Assembly (NCBI GenBank): GCA_028714635.1
Contig: JAQTLZ010000001.1
Location: 173,272-237,271 of the forward strand
DNA: 64,000 nt
Direction: 5' to 3'
Source: Minisyncoccota bacterium
GTDB lineage: Bacteria > Patescibacteriota > Minisyncoccia > Phycocordibacterales > JAQTLZ01
The notes beneath the pieces were generated by a model that made no database searches, was not told the DNA's origin, and saw nothing but the letters and a program-made list of their open reading frames with translations. The position numbers and the translations under genes were made by a program. Positions 11,106 through 20,511 of the stretch are shown in pieces. Numbering within the stretch: position 1 is the stretch's first letter; each line of letters starts with the position of its first letter.

Positions 11106-11552
11106 ATGTTTAAGAAATTATCTGCAAGAAAGGGGGGATTCACTCTTATTGAGATTCTCGTCGTCATCGGTATTATCGCTATTTTGGCAACTATTGTGCT
11201 TATTGCCATTAACCCAGCTCGCCAGTTTGCACAAGCAAATAACACACAGAGAGTAAGTAATGTAAATGCAATTTTGAATGCTATCGGACAGTACAGTGCT
11301 GACAATAAAGGCCAGTTGCCTCCGAACATTGATAATACTGTTAGAGAGATTAAAAAAAGCGGAGGAGCTGATATTTGTTCGAGTCTTGTTCCTACTTATA
11401 TACCAGCACTACCATTTGATCCAAAGACCGGCTCTTATACAGACTGCAGTACTTATGACACTAATTACACTGTTGCAACGACAACTGGTAATCGTGTTGT
11501 TGTATCGGCTCCAGACGCTGAGCTTAGTCAAACTATTTCAGTTACTCGCTAA
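11106..11552 (+). CDS. Probable major type IV pilin
   Basis: G|FTLIEILVVIGIIAILA; C-terminal Cys pair; followed by strong terminator. Confidence 0.85.
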   Translation: MFKKLSARKGGFTLIEILVVIGIIAILATIVLIAINPARQFAQANNTQRVSNVNAILNAIGQYSADNKGQLPPNIDNTVREIKKSGGADICSSLVPTYIPALPFDPKTGSYTDCSTYDTNYTVATTTGNRVVVSAPDAELSQTISVTR

Positions 11553-11569
11553 TTTTTTCCCGGGTTTTT

Positions 11570-11611
11570 AAAAATCCCCGCGAGAACCTTTGGGTTCTCG
11601 CGGGGATTTTT
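11570..11611 (+). terminator. Intrinsic terminator
   Basis: AAAAATCCCCGCGAGAACC-TTTG-GGTTCTCGCGGGGATTTTT. Confidence 0.85.
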
Positions 11612-11848
11612 ATTCAGTAAGAAATGCTTATTCCCATCGTCTACCACTAAAGAGGTCGAATAATGAAAGGTTTTTATTTTATCCACATTTAATTCACAGG
11701 TTATATACAGGACGGGTTACACAATACATAATTCGTAAATCAAGAGTGCAATCAAAAAATAGACCAGGTAGAATTAGGAAATAATGACGAGGTCGAAAAT
11801 TGTACATTTAAAAATTAAATAATTATTACAAGAATTAATACAAACATT

Positions 11849-14278
11849 ATGAAACAGATAACAATAGAAAAAAGATCGTTTTGGAGCAAAATACTTTCTG
11901 CTTCAGTTTTGAGCTTCATGCTCGCGGTCGCTTTTGCCGGAACTCCTGCAAGAGCAGACGTTGACCCGGCAGGTTGTACCGATAACGGCGGAGGAGTCTC
12001 TGTCGCAGCATTTCGTGCTGATGGAACGACAAATATCGGATCAGGAACAGTGACCGACGGTGAAGCTATTAAGTATAAAGCGACACTTTCCGCACTCCCT
12101 ACTCCGAACTGTGCTTTTGAAGGCGGAACGTGGACACTTACTACTCCAGATGGTGTTTCTCATAATTTGGGCGCTGTGCCTCGAATTGGAGGTACGGGAG
12201 TTGCGAGTCTTTCATCGGCTCTCATTCCTTACACAGTGAATCATGCAGATGAACAGGTGAATTCCACACGACATATTGATGCGATCACAAGCTACAGCGG
12301 AGGAAAATCTCATGCTGACACTCTTGATGAGACAGCGGGCCCAACTCTTGGCGCGTCAAAGATTCTGAAAGTTGTTCACACCCCTACAGTTACTACGAAC
12401 GTACATGACGCAAACCATGCTGTCATCACTTCAGCTCCGATCGGATCTTCTGTACACGACCAAGCAACGGTTACTGGCGAAACTGGCGGTCCTGTTCCTA
12501 CAGGCACTGTTAATTTTAATCTCTACCCAAACACAACTTGTGAGGCGACTCCGACAACGCAATCAGGAGTTGCTTTGACGGCGGGAGTAGGAGAATCCAG
12601 CGCAACAACCGTTCCGACAACAGGTCTCTCTTACAAAGCTCACTACAATGGTGACGGTAATTACCTTGTAGCGGATGGTGCATGTGAGCCATTAACGGCG
12701 ACAAAACTTGATTCCCGCACTTCTACAGATGTTCACAGTGCTAATCACTCAGTTATTACTTCCGCAACAGTTGGGGATATGGTGCATGATAATGCTCTTG
12801 TAACTGGTACGGGTGGAACTGCAACTGGCAATGTTTCCTTCCAGCTTTACAGCGATGGCGTATGTACTGCAACAAATGGTGCTCCTCAAGTAGTAGCACT
12901 TGATGGCACAGGACATGCAGAGACAACTCCTGTTGCTGCAGCTGCTCCAGCGATGTCTTACAAAGCTAGCTATGCAGGAAACGATACTTACAATGCGAGC
13001 GAGGGAGCATGTGAACCTCTAACTGTAAACAAGCTCACTCCATCAGTAGTCACGGAAGTTCACAATGCTTCTGAAGCGGTTGTCAGTGGTTCAGTGATAG
13101 CTCCGGTAACAGTGCATGATAAGGCTACTGTTTCAGGTTCAGGTGGAACTCCAACCGGAACTGTAGATTTCTCATTCTACACATCAACCACTTGTTCTAG
13201 TGAGGCAACACCTTCTGGTTCAGGCGTTTCTCTGGTTTCCGGAGTTGCACACCCTTCATCGAGCCAAGGACCACTTTCTGCAGGTAGCTACGGATTCAAA
13301 GCTCACTACAATGGTGATGCGACCTACTCAGCAGCAGATGGCGAATGTGAACCATTCACAGTAGTTTCTCAAGGTCATATTATTGTAGATAAAGTAACCA
13401 ATCCTTCTGGCGATTCACAAAGCTTTGATTTCACTGCAGGAGGTGCAGGATACACAAACTTTTCTCTCACTGACGCTACGGCACCAAATGACCAGACTCT
13501 AAACGCTGGTACCTATTCTGTTTCTGAAACTCTTCCATCGGGATGGGTTCAGACAAGCGCAACGTGTGACGGTCAAGGAAATACCCCAGCAAGTATCACG
13601 CTTGCTGCAGGTCAGACAGTAACATGTACCTTCACCAACACAAAGAAAGGCCATCTTATCGTTGATAAGGTAACCGACCCAACCGGCGATACGACTTCCT
13701 TCCCAATTAATGCAACAGGAAGCGGAACGATCACTGGTGGTGGAGCAGGTACAATAACTGATGCGGCAAATAAAGACTACGAAGTTACCCCGGGCACCTA
13801 TTCAGTAACGGAAAACACCCCATCAGGATGGAACATGACTGGAAATACCTGTACGGATGTTGCAGTAGGTCCAGGGGAGACAAAGACTTGTACGATCACG
13901 AACACGAAAGCTCCAGTCTTGCAATATTGTTCTCCAGGATATTGGAAGAATCATCCAGCAAGTTGGACAGGATACACTCCAAGCCAGCTCTTCAGTAGTG
14001 TCTTCGAACAGATCTCAATTATGTGGAGCGCAAAAGGCAAGCCTTCTCCAGTGGCAAATCCTACGCTTCAGCAAGCACTTGAGGCGAACGGCGGTGGAAT
14101 CAATCAGCTCGCCCGAGCAACAGTTAACGCTCTCTTGAACACCTCTGCTGGACTCACGACAGGGTTCACTACTCAAGAGATCATCGATGCATTCAACGCA
14201 GCAGTTCCGGGCACAGACAGCGCATACAGCTCTCTTGCTGCTCGATTCACTGCTCCAGAGAACTGTCCGCTCCACTAA
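11849..14278 (+). CDS. Secreted adhesin-like protein with tandem Ig-like repeats
   Basis: Signal peptide; three ~110-aa VHD.A.V...Y.G...CEP repeats; two IVDKVT...CT.TNTK repeats. Confidence 0.75.
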   Translation: MKQITIEKRSFWSKILSASVLSFMLAVAFAGTPARADVDPAGCTDNGGGVSVAAFRADGTTNIGSGTVTDGEAIKYKATLSALPTPNCAFEGGTWTLTTPDGVSHNLGAVPRIGGTGVASLSSALIPYTVNHADEQVNSTRHIDAITSYSGGKSHADTLDETAGPTLGASKILKVVHTPTVTTNVHDANHAVITSAPIGSSVHDQATVTGETGGPVPTGTVNFNLYPNTTCEATPTTQSGVALTAGVGESSATTVPTTGLSYKAHYNGDGNYLVADGACEPLTATKLDSRTSTDVHSANHSVITSATVGDMVHDNALVTGTGGTATGNVSFQLYSDGVCTATNGAPQVVALDGTGHAETTPVAAAAPAMSYKASYAGNDTYNASEGACEPLTVNKLTPSVVTEVHNASEAVVSGSVIAPVTVHDKATVSGSGGTPTGTVDFSFYTSTTCSSEATPSGSGVSLVSGVAHPSSSQGPLSAGSYGFKAHYNGDATYSAADGECEPFTVVSQGHIIVDKVTNPSGDSQSFDFTAGGAGYTNFSLTDATAPNDQTLNAGTYSVSETLPSGWVQTSATCDGQGNTPASITLAAGQTVTCTFTNTKKGHLIVDKVTDPTGDTTSFPINATGSGTITGGGAGTITDAANKDYEVTPGTYSVTENTPSGWNMTGNTCTDVAVGPGETKTCTITNTKAPVLQYCSPGYWKNHPASWTGYTPSQLFSSVFEQISIMWSAKGKPSPVANPTLQQALEANGGGINQLARATVNALLNTSAGLTTGFTTQEIIDAFNAAVPGTDSAYSSLAARFTAPENCPLH

Positions 14279-14301
14279 TCTCGAACTTAAAATTATCAGC
14301 T

Positions 14302-14344
14302 AAAAAACAATCCGGTGCCTTCGTGAAGGCGCCGGATTGTTTTT
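14302..14344 (+). terminator. Intrinsic terminator
   Basis: AACAATCCGGTGCCTTC/GAAGGCGCCGGATTGTT stem followed by T run. Confidence 0.85.
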
Positions 14345-14497
14345 CTGCGCATCAGTTTGAATGAAAGTTTGTCCCCAGCCTCGCATTCTTTTGCGGGGTT
14401 TCTTCTTGTATAATATATGGATTGAAGCTACCAGCTAAAAGCTACCCCAGTAGTAGAGCAAAGCTCACTACGGGGCAGGCAGCTAATAAGCTTTTTT

Positions 14498-15025
14498 ATG
14501 GCCTTTACAGACCCAGAACACAACATACAGCAATTTGGACTTCAGTCTGGAGCGAAAGTCGCAGATTTCGGCGCCGGCAGCGGTTTTTATGCTTTTGAAA
14601 TTGCAAAAGCTGTCGGCGGGGCGGGGAAAGTCTATGCGATTGATGTCCAAAAAGATCTTTTGGCAAAAATTAAAAATGAAGGAAGCAAACGCGGATTTAC
14701 AAATATCGAAATCATCTGGGCGGATGTGGAAAAACCGGCAGGCACGCATTTGAAAGCGGATTCAGTTGATGCGGTGCTCATTTCAAACATTCTTTTCCAG
14801 CTTCCTGATAAAGTCGGCGCCGTCGCAGAAGCAAAGCGGATTGTGAAATCAGGCGGACGCATTCTGGTGATTGATTGGACCGATTCGTACGGGGGAATGG
14901 GGCCGGCATTTGATGCGATTTTTACGGCAAAAAAGGCGCAAGAACTTTTCACGAAAGCGGGGCTCACACTGCAAACCCAAATCCGGGCAGGGGATCATCA
15001 TTACGGACTCATTTTTAAAAAATAG
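14498..15025 (+). CDS. Class I SAM-dependent methyltransferase
   Basis: VADFGAGSG motif I; VYAIDVQ. Confidence 0.85.
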   Translation: MAFTDPEHNIQQFGLQSGAKVADFGAGSGFYAFEIAKAVGGAGKVYAIDVQKDLLAKIKNEGSKRGFTNIEIIWADVEKPAGTHLKADSVDAVLISNILFQLPDKVGAVAEAKRIVKSGGRILVIDWTDSYGGMGPAFDAIFTAKKAQELFTKAGLTLQTQIRAGDHHYGLIFKK

Positions 15026-15027
15026 CT

Positions 15028-16308
15028 ATGTCCAATTTTCAAATTGTTTTTATCGGAATTCTCATCTTTTTTGCTATCGTCGGCCTCATTACTTTTGCAA
15101 TTGTGAGGGCGCCGGAAGGAAGCGCGACCGCATCTGTGGTGATCTGGGGTACGGTTCCCCAACAAACATTTGACGCTCTTTTCACCGCGCTCAATCAAGG
15201 GAAGCAATCGGAGCTTAAAGTAAGTTATGTTGAAAAAGATGAAGCCACATTCGATACTGATTTAGCAGAAGCTATCGCCACAGGCCACGGTCCCGACATA
15301 TTTCTTTTAGGACAAGATAAAATCTACCGCCACTCTGAAAAGATTGCTCTTATTCCTTTTACCGCTCTTACGCAAAGACAATTTCAAGATACTTTCATAC
15401 AAGAGGGGAATATGTATCTCACAGGCAATGGAATTCTCGCTTTGCCTTTCGTGATCGACCCGCTTGTTATGTATTGGAATCGCGATCTTCTCACGAATGC
15501 TTCCGTAGTTGCTCCGCCGAAAAATTGGAGTGATTTCATCGCATTTACTAAAAAGCTCACGCTTAAAAATAATGCATCCGTACTGCTTCAAAGTGCGGGA
15601 GCGATGGGGGAGTTTAAAAATGTCTCCAATGCAAAAGAAATTCTAGCGACACTTCTTCTGCAGTCGGGCAATCCCATTACAAAATATGACCAGATCGGCT
15701 GGGTTTCTGCTCTTGATTCATCGGGAAACTCCGCCGAAGAGGGGCTTCGTTTTTATGCCCAGTTCGGGAATCCGACCAACGAGGCCTACACCTGGAACCG
15801 CTCTCTTCCTCTTTCTATTGATTCATTCGCTTCTGGCAAGCTCGCTGTTTATTTTGGTTTTGCGTCGGAACTCAAGACACTTCGACAGAAAAATCCGAAT
15901 CTCAATCTCGATATGGCACTTATGCCTCAGCCGAAAGAAGTCACAGTTTCAATGACTTTTGGCAGAATGTACGGCCTCGCAATTCTCAAAACTTCGCCGA
16001 ACTTCGTGAGTGCTCTCAATATGATTACGTATCTCACGTCGCAAGATGTGGTAAGAAATTTTGCTGTAGTCAGCGGCTTGCCTCCAACCCGTCTCGATCT
16101 TTTGGCAGTACCCCCGCAAGATTCATTGAGTCCAGTAATGTATTCTTCCGCGCTTCGTTCCCGCGCGTGGTTTGACCCAAATCCGACAGAGACGAAAAAC
16201 ATTTTCCAGCGGATGATCGAAACAGTATCTTCCGGCCAGGAAAAATATTCTGACGCGATAGGGTTGGGAAGCCAGGCGATTCAGCTTTTGTTTAACCAAA
16301 ATAACTAA
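15028..16308 (+). CDS. Extracellular solute-binding protein (family 1-like), no permease adjacent
   Basis: N-terminal TM; GPDIF and MYWNRDLL motifs. Confidence 0.8.
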   Translation: MSNFQIVFIGILIFFAIVGLITFAIVRAPEGSATASVVIWGTVPQQTFDALFTALNQGKQSELKVSYVEKDEATFDTDLAEAIATGHGPDIFLLGQDKIYRHSEKIALIPFTALTQRQFQDTFIQEGNMYLTGNGILALPFVIDPLVMYWNRDLLTNASVVAPPKNWSDFIAFTKKLTLKNNASVLLQSAGAMGEFKNVSNAKEILATLLLQSGNPITKYDQIGWVSALDSSGNSAEEGLRFYAQFGNPTNEAYTWNRSLPLSIDSFASGKLAVYFGFASELKTLRQKNPNLNLDMALMPQPKEVTVSMTFGRMYGLAILKTSPNFVSALNMITYLTSQDVVRNFAVVSGLPPTRLDLLAVPPQDSLSPVMYSSALRSRAWFDPNPTETKNIFQRMIETVSSGQEKYSDAIGLGSQAIQLLFNQNN

Positions 16309-16311
16309 AAT

Positions 16312-16770
16312 ATGGCAGACTTATCTTCCTCAAAAAATATACTTTCGAAAATCTTTCTCGGGTTTTTTGTTTTCTTCGTTATTTTCAGTGTTGCTTTGCC
16401 CGTTTTTGCCTGGAGTCCTTTCCAGCCAGTTGTTCCTCCTTGTGATGGTTCGATTACAGCAGAAAATTCTGATCTCAATGACACCCGCACGGGGCAAAGT
16501 GGTTGTGGATATAACGCCTTCCTCCAGCTTGTTTCCAACATCATTCAATTTCTTCTTTATATCGCGATTCCAATTGCAGCTGTTTCGTTCTTTTTTGCCG
16601 GTTTCCTTTATTTGACCGCAGGAGGAAATCCTGGGAAAATAGAAGAGGCTCATCATATCTTTTGGAGTGCGCTTGTCGGAATTATTATTATGCTTGCTGC
16701 GTGGCTCATCATAAATACCATACTTACTGCGCTCGTCGAGAAAGGTTCAGGTTTTAATTTGCTCGGTTAA
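16312..16770 (+). CDS. VirB2/TrbC-like pilin
   Basis: AGFLYLTAGGNPGKIEEA..IFWSALVG hydrophobic hairpin. Confidence 0.75.
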   Translation: MADLSSSKNILSKIFLGFFVFFVIFSVALPVFAWSPFQPVVPPCDGSITAENSDLNDTRTGQSGCGYNAFLQLVSNIIQFLLYIAIPIAAVSFFFAGFLYLTAGGNPGKIEEAHHIFWSALVGIIIMLAAWLIINTILTALVEKGSGFNLLG

Positions 16771-16780
16771 TTTTCGCAAG

Positions 16781-17932
16781 ATGCTTACCATGAAAACAGT
16801 AGAAAAAGTGGAACATATACTTAAAAATAAATCAGCTTTTTTCTTCGGAATCTTTTTTGTTCTCATCTCGTTTCTTATTTTAGGAGCGCTTCCTTCGTCC
16901 GCTTCAGCTGCTACCTGGTGTTCAAAAGATCCAAATAATGTAGTGCATGTATTTGGTTCGGGTCCAGCGTGTACCCAAGGAAGAGATGCTTCCTGGAATG
17001 TGTGCGGTACTTGTGTCGTATGGTGTGCCATTGGCAAAGACAAAAAAGCGGTCAATGCTTTTCCCACCAATGATGCCTGTGTCCAGTCTATTGCAAATTC
17101 GGGAGTCTCCGGCGGTTCTTGTAGGCAGTGTACCTCTACAGATATTGCTACCATCAACAATAAGCTCAAAGGCTATTACGGAACATCGAAACCCACAAAC
17201 GGTTCCCTTTTTAATTTCAATTTAAATGGAATTCTTTTGGGATTCGGCTCTGGATCGTACATGTCACTTTATTCCGCGGATAATACAATTAATCAGACTT
17301 GGTGTGCCGCTTCGGGAGGTGGCAATGTTGTATTCTATAGTCTCAGCAGTTGTGTTGCCGCGGCTGGTTCGCCTGAAAAATGTTCTCCTTGCCAAGATCA
17401 GGGTGCGGGGAATACGACTCCGCTTCCTACTCTCAATACGGAGCCGGGAGCTTATTGTGATGCAAACGGCACGAATTATCCTTCTTTGTCTGCGTGTGTA
17501 AATAGTCAGGCGAACCAAGGCATTGATAGCCCTTCTTGTGGTCCTTGTTCCGATCCTGCTTTAGGGGGAGGTCCTCATCAATCTCCAGCACCCTTTGATT
17601 TGGGTGACACGGGCAAGAAGCCGTTTGATCTCGGTACTACTGGTGGCAGTTGTTCCGGTAGCAATGGCAGATTGCCGAATCCTCTTGGAAATACATGTGA
17701 TTTGTACACGCTTCTCAATAAAATTCTAAAAGTTGCCGAACAGATTGGCGGAGTGATCATTGTGCTCGCTATTATTTACACCGGCTTTCTCTTTGTAAAA
17801 GCTCGCGGGAATAGTGAAGAGCTTGAAACAGCAAAGAGGGCATTTATGTGGACAGTGATTGGGGCAGGGGTGCTTCTCGGAGCGACTGTTCTATCAAAAA
17901 TCATTGAGAACACCATTAAACAATTACAATAA
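16781..17932 (+). CDS. VirB2/TrbC-like pilin with Cys-rich N-terminal extension
   Basis: LPNPLG...ARGNSEELETAKRAFMWTVIG at C-terminus; many Cys upstream. Confidence 0.75.
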   Translation: MLTMKTVEKVEHILKNKSAFFFGIFFVLISFLILGALPSSASAATWCSKDPNNVVHVFGSGPACTQGRDASWNVCGTCVVWCAIGKDKKAVNAFPTNDACVQSIANSGVSGGSCRQCTSTDIATINNKLKGYYGTSKPTNGSLFNFNLNGILLGFGSGSYMSLYSADNTINQTWCAASGGGNVVFYSLSSCVAAAGSPEKCSPCQDQGAGNTTPLPTLNTEPGAYCDANGTNYPSLSACVNSQANQGIDSPSCGPCSDPALGGGPHQSPAPFDLGDTGKKPFDLGTTGGSCSGSNGRLPNPLGNTCDLYTLLNKILKVAEQIGGVIIVLAIIYTGFLFVKARGNSEELETAKRAFMWTVIGAGVLLGATVLSKIIENTIKQLQ

Positions 17933-17954
17933 TTTAATAATTTATTTATTTACT

Positions 17955-18269
17955 ATGAATCCATCACAAAATCTTGCTGCAGCATGTGCGATAGACTTCA
18001 CCACTTTGGCAGATTGTATGACAAGGTACTTGGGACAGATTATTCCTGTCCTGGTCGGGGTTGCTGTCATCGGTTTTCTCTATGGAGTACTCCGTTATAT
18101 CTATTCAGGAGGGGATGAAGAAAAACGAAAAGAGGGAGTACGTTTTATGACTTATGGTATTGTCGGTTTGGCCGTTATCACCACACTATGGGCTCTTGTC
18201 GGGATTATTACCCTAAGTGTCGTTGGTACAAATCCAGTGTTGCCACAACTTACTCCGGGCCTTCAATAA
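17955..18269 (+). CDS. VirB2/TrbC-like pilin
   Basis: FLYGVLRYIYSGGDEEKRKEG..MTYGIVG. Confidence 0.75.
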   Translation: MNPSQNLAAACAIDFTTLADCMTRYLGQIIPVLVGVAVIGFLYGVLRYIYSGGDEEKRKEGVRFMTYGIVGLAVITTLWALVGIITLSVVGTNPVLPQLTPGLQ

Positions 18270-18393
18270 AGCCGTATTTCATATCCACACGTCTTTCTTG
18301 CTGATTTCCCTCGGTTTGTTACCATTAAAGTACGTTTCATTAAAAAAGTCGTTCAACGAAACTTTATTATTAAGTTATTTATTAATAGATAGT

Positions 18394-18735
18394 ATGAAAA
18401 AATCTCTCATCATTGCTTCAGTTTGGGCGCTTCCTGGCTTAGCGTTCGCAGCGGGTTTTGATAATATCATCGGTCTTGCTCAAAGGACTTTGAGCCAGCT
18501 CGTTCCTCTTTTTATTTCTGCAGCAGTCGTACTTTTTCTCTACGGTGTTCTTACTTATATTCTTGCGGGAGGAGATGAAGAAAAGCGATCAGCGGGGCGA
18601 AACACGATGATCTACGGTATTATCGCAATTTTCGTGATGGTATCCGTCTGGGGTTTGGTGAATCTTCTTCGAGATTCGCTCCAGTTGAATCAGGCAAACA
18701 ACGTTCCGAATCTTCTTCCTGCAACTCATAATTAA
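18394..18735 (+). CDS. VirB2/TrbC-like pilin
   Basis: FLYGVLTYILAGGDEEKRSAGRNTMIYGII. Confidence 0.75.
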   Translation: MKKSLIIASVWALPGLAFAAGFDNIIGLAQRTLSQLVPLFISAAVVLFLYGVLTYILAGGDEEKRSAGRNTMIYGIIAIFVMVSVWGLVNLLRDSLQLNQANNVPNLLPATHN

Positions 18736-18783
18736 AAAGTAAAAGAGCTCATCCACGAGCTCTTTTCTTCGTCCTCTTTTCCT

Positions 18784-19014
18784 ATGGAATTACTTGGTAA
18801 ATTAGAAACAGCCGTTTTAAATCCCGTTATCATAATCCTCTTTGGAGTTGCGGTAGTTATTTTTGTGTATGGGGTTGTTCAATTTATCTGGAAATCCGAT
18901 GATGAAGAAGCGCGTCAAGTTGGAGCCCAACATATTATGTGGGGACTTATCGGGCTTTTTATTATGACCGCTGCGATTGCTATAAAATCTTTTATCAAAA
19001 GCACAATACAGTAA
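18784..19014 (+). CDS. VirB2/TrbC-like pilin (short)
   Basis: FVYGVVQFIWKSDDEEARQVGAQHIMWGLIG. Confidence 0.7.
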   Translation: MELLGKLETAVLNPVIIILFGVAVVIFVYGVVQFIWKSDDEEARQVGAQHIMWGLIGLFIMTAAIAIKSFIKSTIQ

Positions 19015-19101
19015 GCATAAATTCTTTTCTAAGTCATCTGATTTATTTAGGCAAAAATAATAGGCGGGGAGTGGCTAATGCCCCTCCTCGCCTATTTTCC
19101 A

Positions 19102-19686
19102 TCACCTAATATTTGTACATTGTTTACTGGGTTCTATTTTTACATTTACCTGACTTGGATTCAGGTTTTCTATGAGTACCCATTTTGGTTCATAGTCTCT
19201 TGGCGTGCTGGCGCCGATCCGTTTGTCCGCAGTCCGCTCATCCGGAGCCGCCTCGCTTTCCCTGTAGAAAGTTCGGCTGAATTTCTGCGGATTGAAGTCG
19301 TTCGGCGGAGAGGGGATTTCGTAGTGCACTCCTCCGTCAGGCAGGCAAACCAATTTGCTTTTGCCCGGAGGGACTTCCACGATACACGGTAGCTTTACAG
19401 GCACCCGTGGTTGGATCACCTTCGCTGTGACCACCCGAACTACAGTTTTCGTGGGCCGGGTGGATGGAGCTGGCGCTTTTGCTGTTTTCTGCGGCGCTAG
19501 CGCTTTTTCGATTTTCTTCAACTCCAGCGCCTGTTGCGCTGTTGCCTCGGGGGTGGTGGTGCCATATCCGTGTTCGAGGATATACATCACTACGCTCGAG
19601 ATGGGAATGATGAGAAGACCGAGCGCGATCAGTTTCATTATGATCTCGCCCGGTTTCAGATTGATTCCACCGCTGCTTGCACTCAT
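19102..19686 (-). CDS. Hypothetical membrane-anchored protein
   Basis: AGGAG SD upstream; N-terminal TM. Confidence 0.6.
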   Translation of the reverse strand: MSASSGGINLKPGEIIMKLIALGLLIIPISSVVMYILEHGYGTTTPEATAQQALELKKIEKALAPQKTAKAPAPSTRPTKTVVRVVTAKVIQPRVPVKLPCIVEVPPGKSKLVCLPDGGVHYEIPSPPNDFNPQKFSRTFYRESEAAPDERTADKRIGASTPRDYEPKWVLIENLNPSQVNVKIEPSKQCTNIR

Positions 19687-19709
19687 GCCGATCTCCTTTC
19701 AGGTTTCAG

Positions 19710-20324
19710 TTAGTGTTTACCAGCACCTTCCCCTTTCCAGTTCCAAAAGACACTGGAGAAGGGGAGACAAAAGAGAGCTACAGCAATCTTCTGTTTTAAC
19801 TCGGAGGACATTGCCTTGTAATCATCCGGAAACGACCACGCGAACACCACGCAAAGTGCGGGCAGACCCAAGGTGAGCAGTCTCGCTTTTGACGGGTTCG
19901 TCCACGTGTCTGTCCAGATGAATTTCCAAGCCTTTTCCCCAAAGCCAACTGGACGCGCTGCGGGCGCTTGGGCCGGAGGGTGTCCTGCTTGTGCCGCCGG
20001 AGCTGCCGGTGCTGGGACGGGATGTCCCTGCGCCTGGTTTGCTGCCGGTTGAGCTTGTCCTGCCGGCGCCGCTGCTGCCTGAGCCGCTTGAGCCACAGGC
20101 GCATTTGCCGCCGGAGCCGCCGGGTTCGCTGCTCCTGCAACTTGCGCTGCGGGAGCTGCTGGCGCCGGAACTGCTGGCGCAACAGGTGGAGCAGGTGCTT
20201 GAGGCACTTGCACCACCACTGGTGCTGGCGGATCTGACAGCAAGATCTTTGCCACCTTCGCCAGCACGATAATCGCAACTAATCCTCCGACAACTATGGC
20301 CGATTCGAACATTTGTGTCTCCAA
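19710..20324 (-). CDS. Hypothetical Ala/Pro/Gln-rich membrane protein
   Basis: TM, APAAPA linker, then two TM segments; start uncertain. Confidence 0.6.
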   Translation of the reverse strand: METQMFESAIVVGGLVAIIVLAKVAKILLSDPPAPVVVQVPQAPAPPVAPAVPAPAAPAAQVAGAANPAAPAANAPVAQAAQAAAAPAGQAQPAANQAQGHPVPAPAAPAAQAGHPPAQAPAARPVGFGEKAWKFIWTDTWTNPSKARLLTLGLPALCVVFAWSFPDDYKAMSSELKQKIAVALFCLPFSSVFWNWKGEGAGKH

Positions 20325-20511
20325 TCTGCCCCTTTAGGGGTCAAAAAAGTTCCAAGTTTTTTTCAAAAAACAACCCAAATTCCAGATTTTATACTAGCAT
20401 AAAACATATAAAAAGTCAAATATTTCGGATAGGTAAAATATATATGAAAATAGCCACTCTTCTTCGCAGAAAAGTGGCCATAGGAATTACAATATTCAAG
20501 CAATTGGGGCG

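Noticed and set aside
11679-11725. Chromosomal origin oriC
   Set aside because: Only one perfect DnaA box, and no dnaA/dnaN nearby.
16312-19014. Conjugative element
   Set aside because: No VirB4, relaxase, coupling protein or integrase near the pilins.
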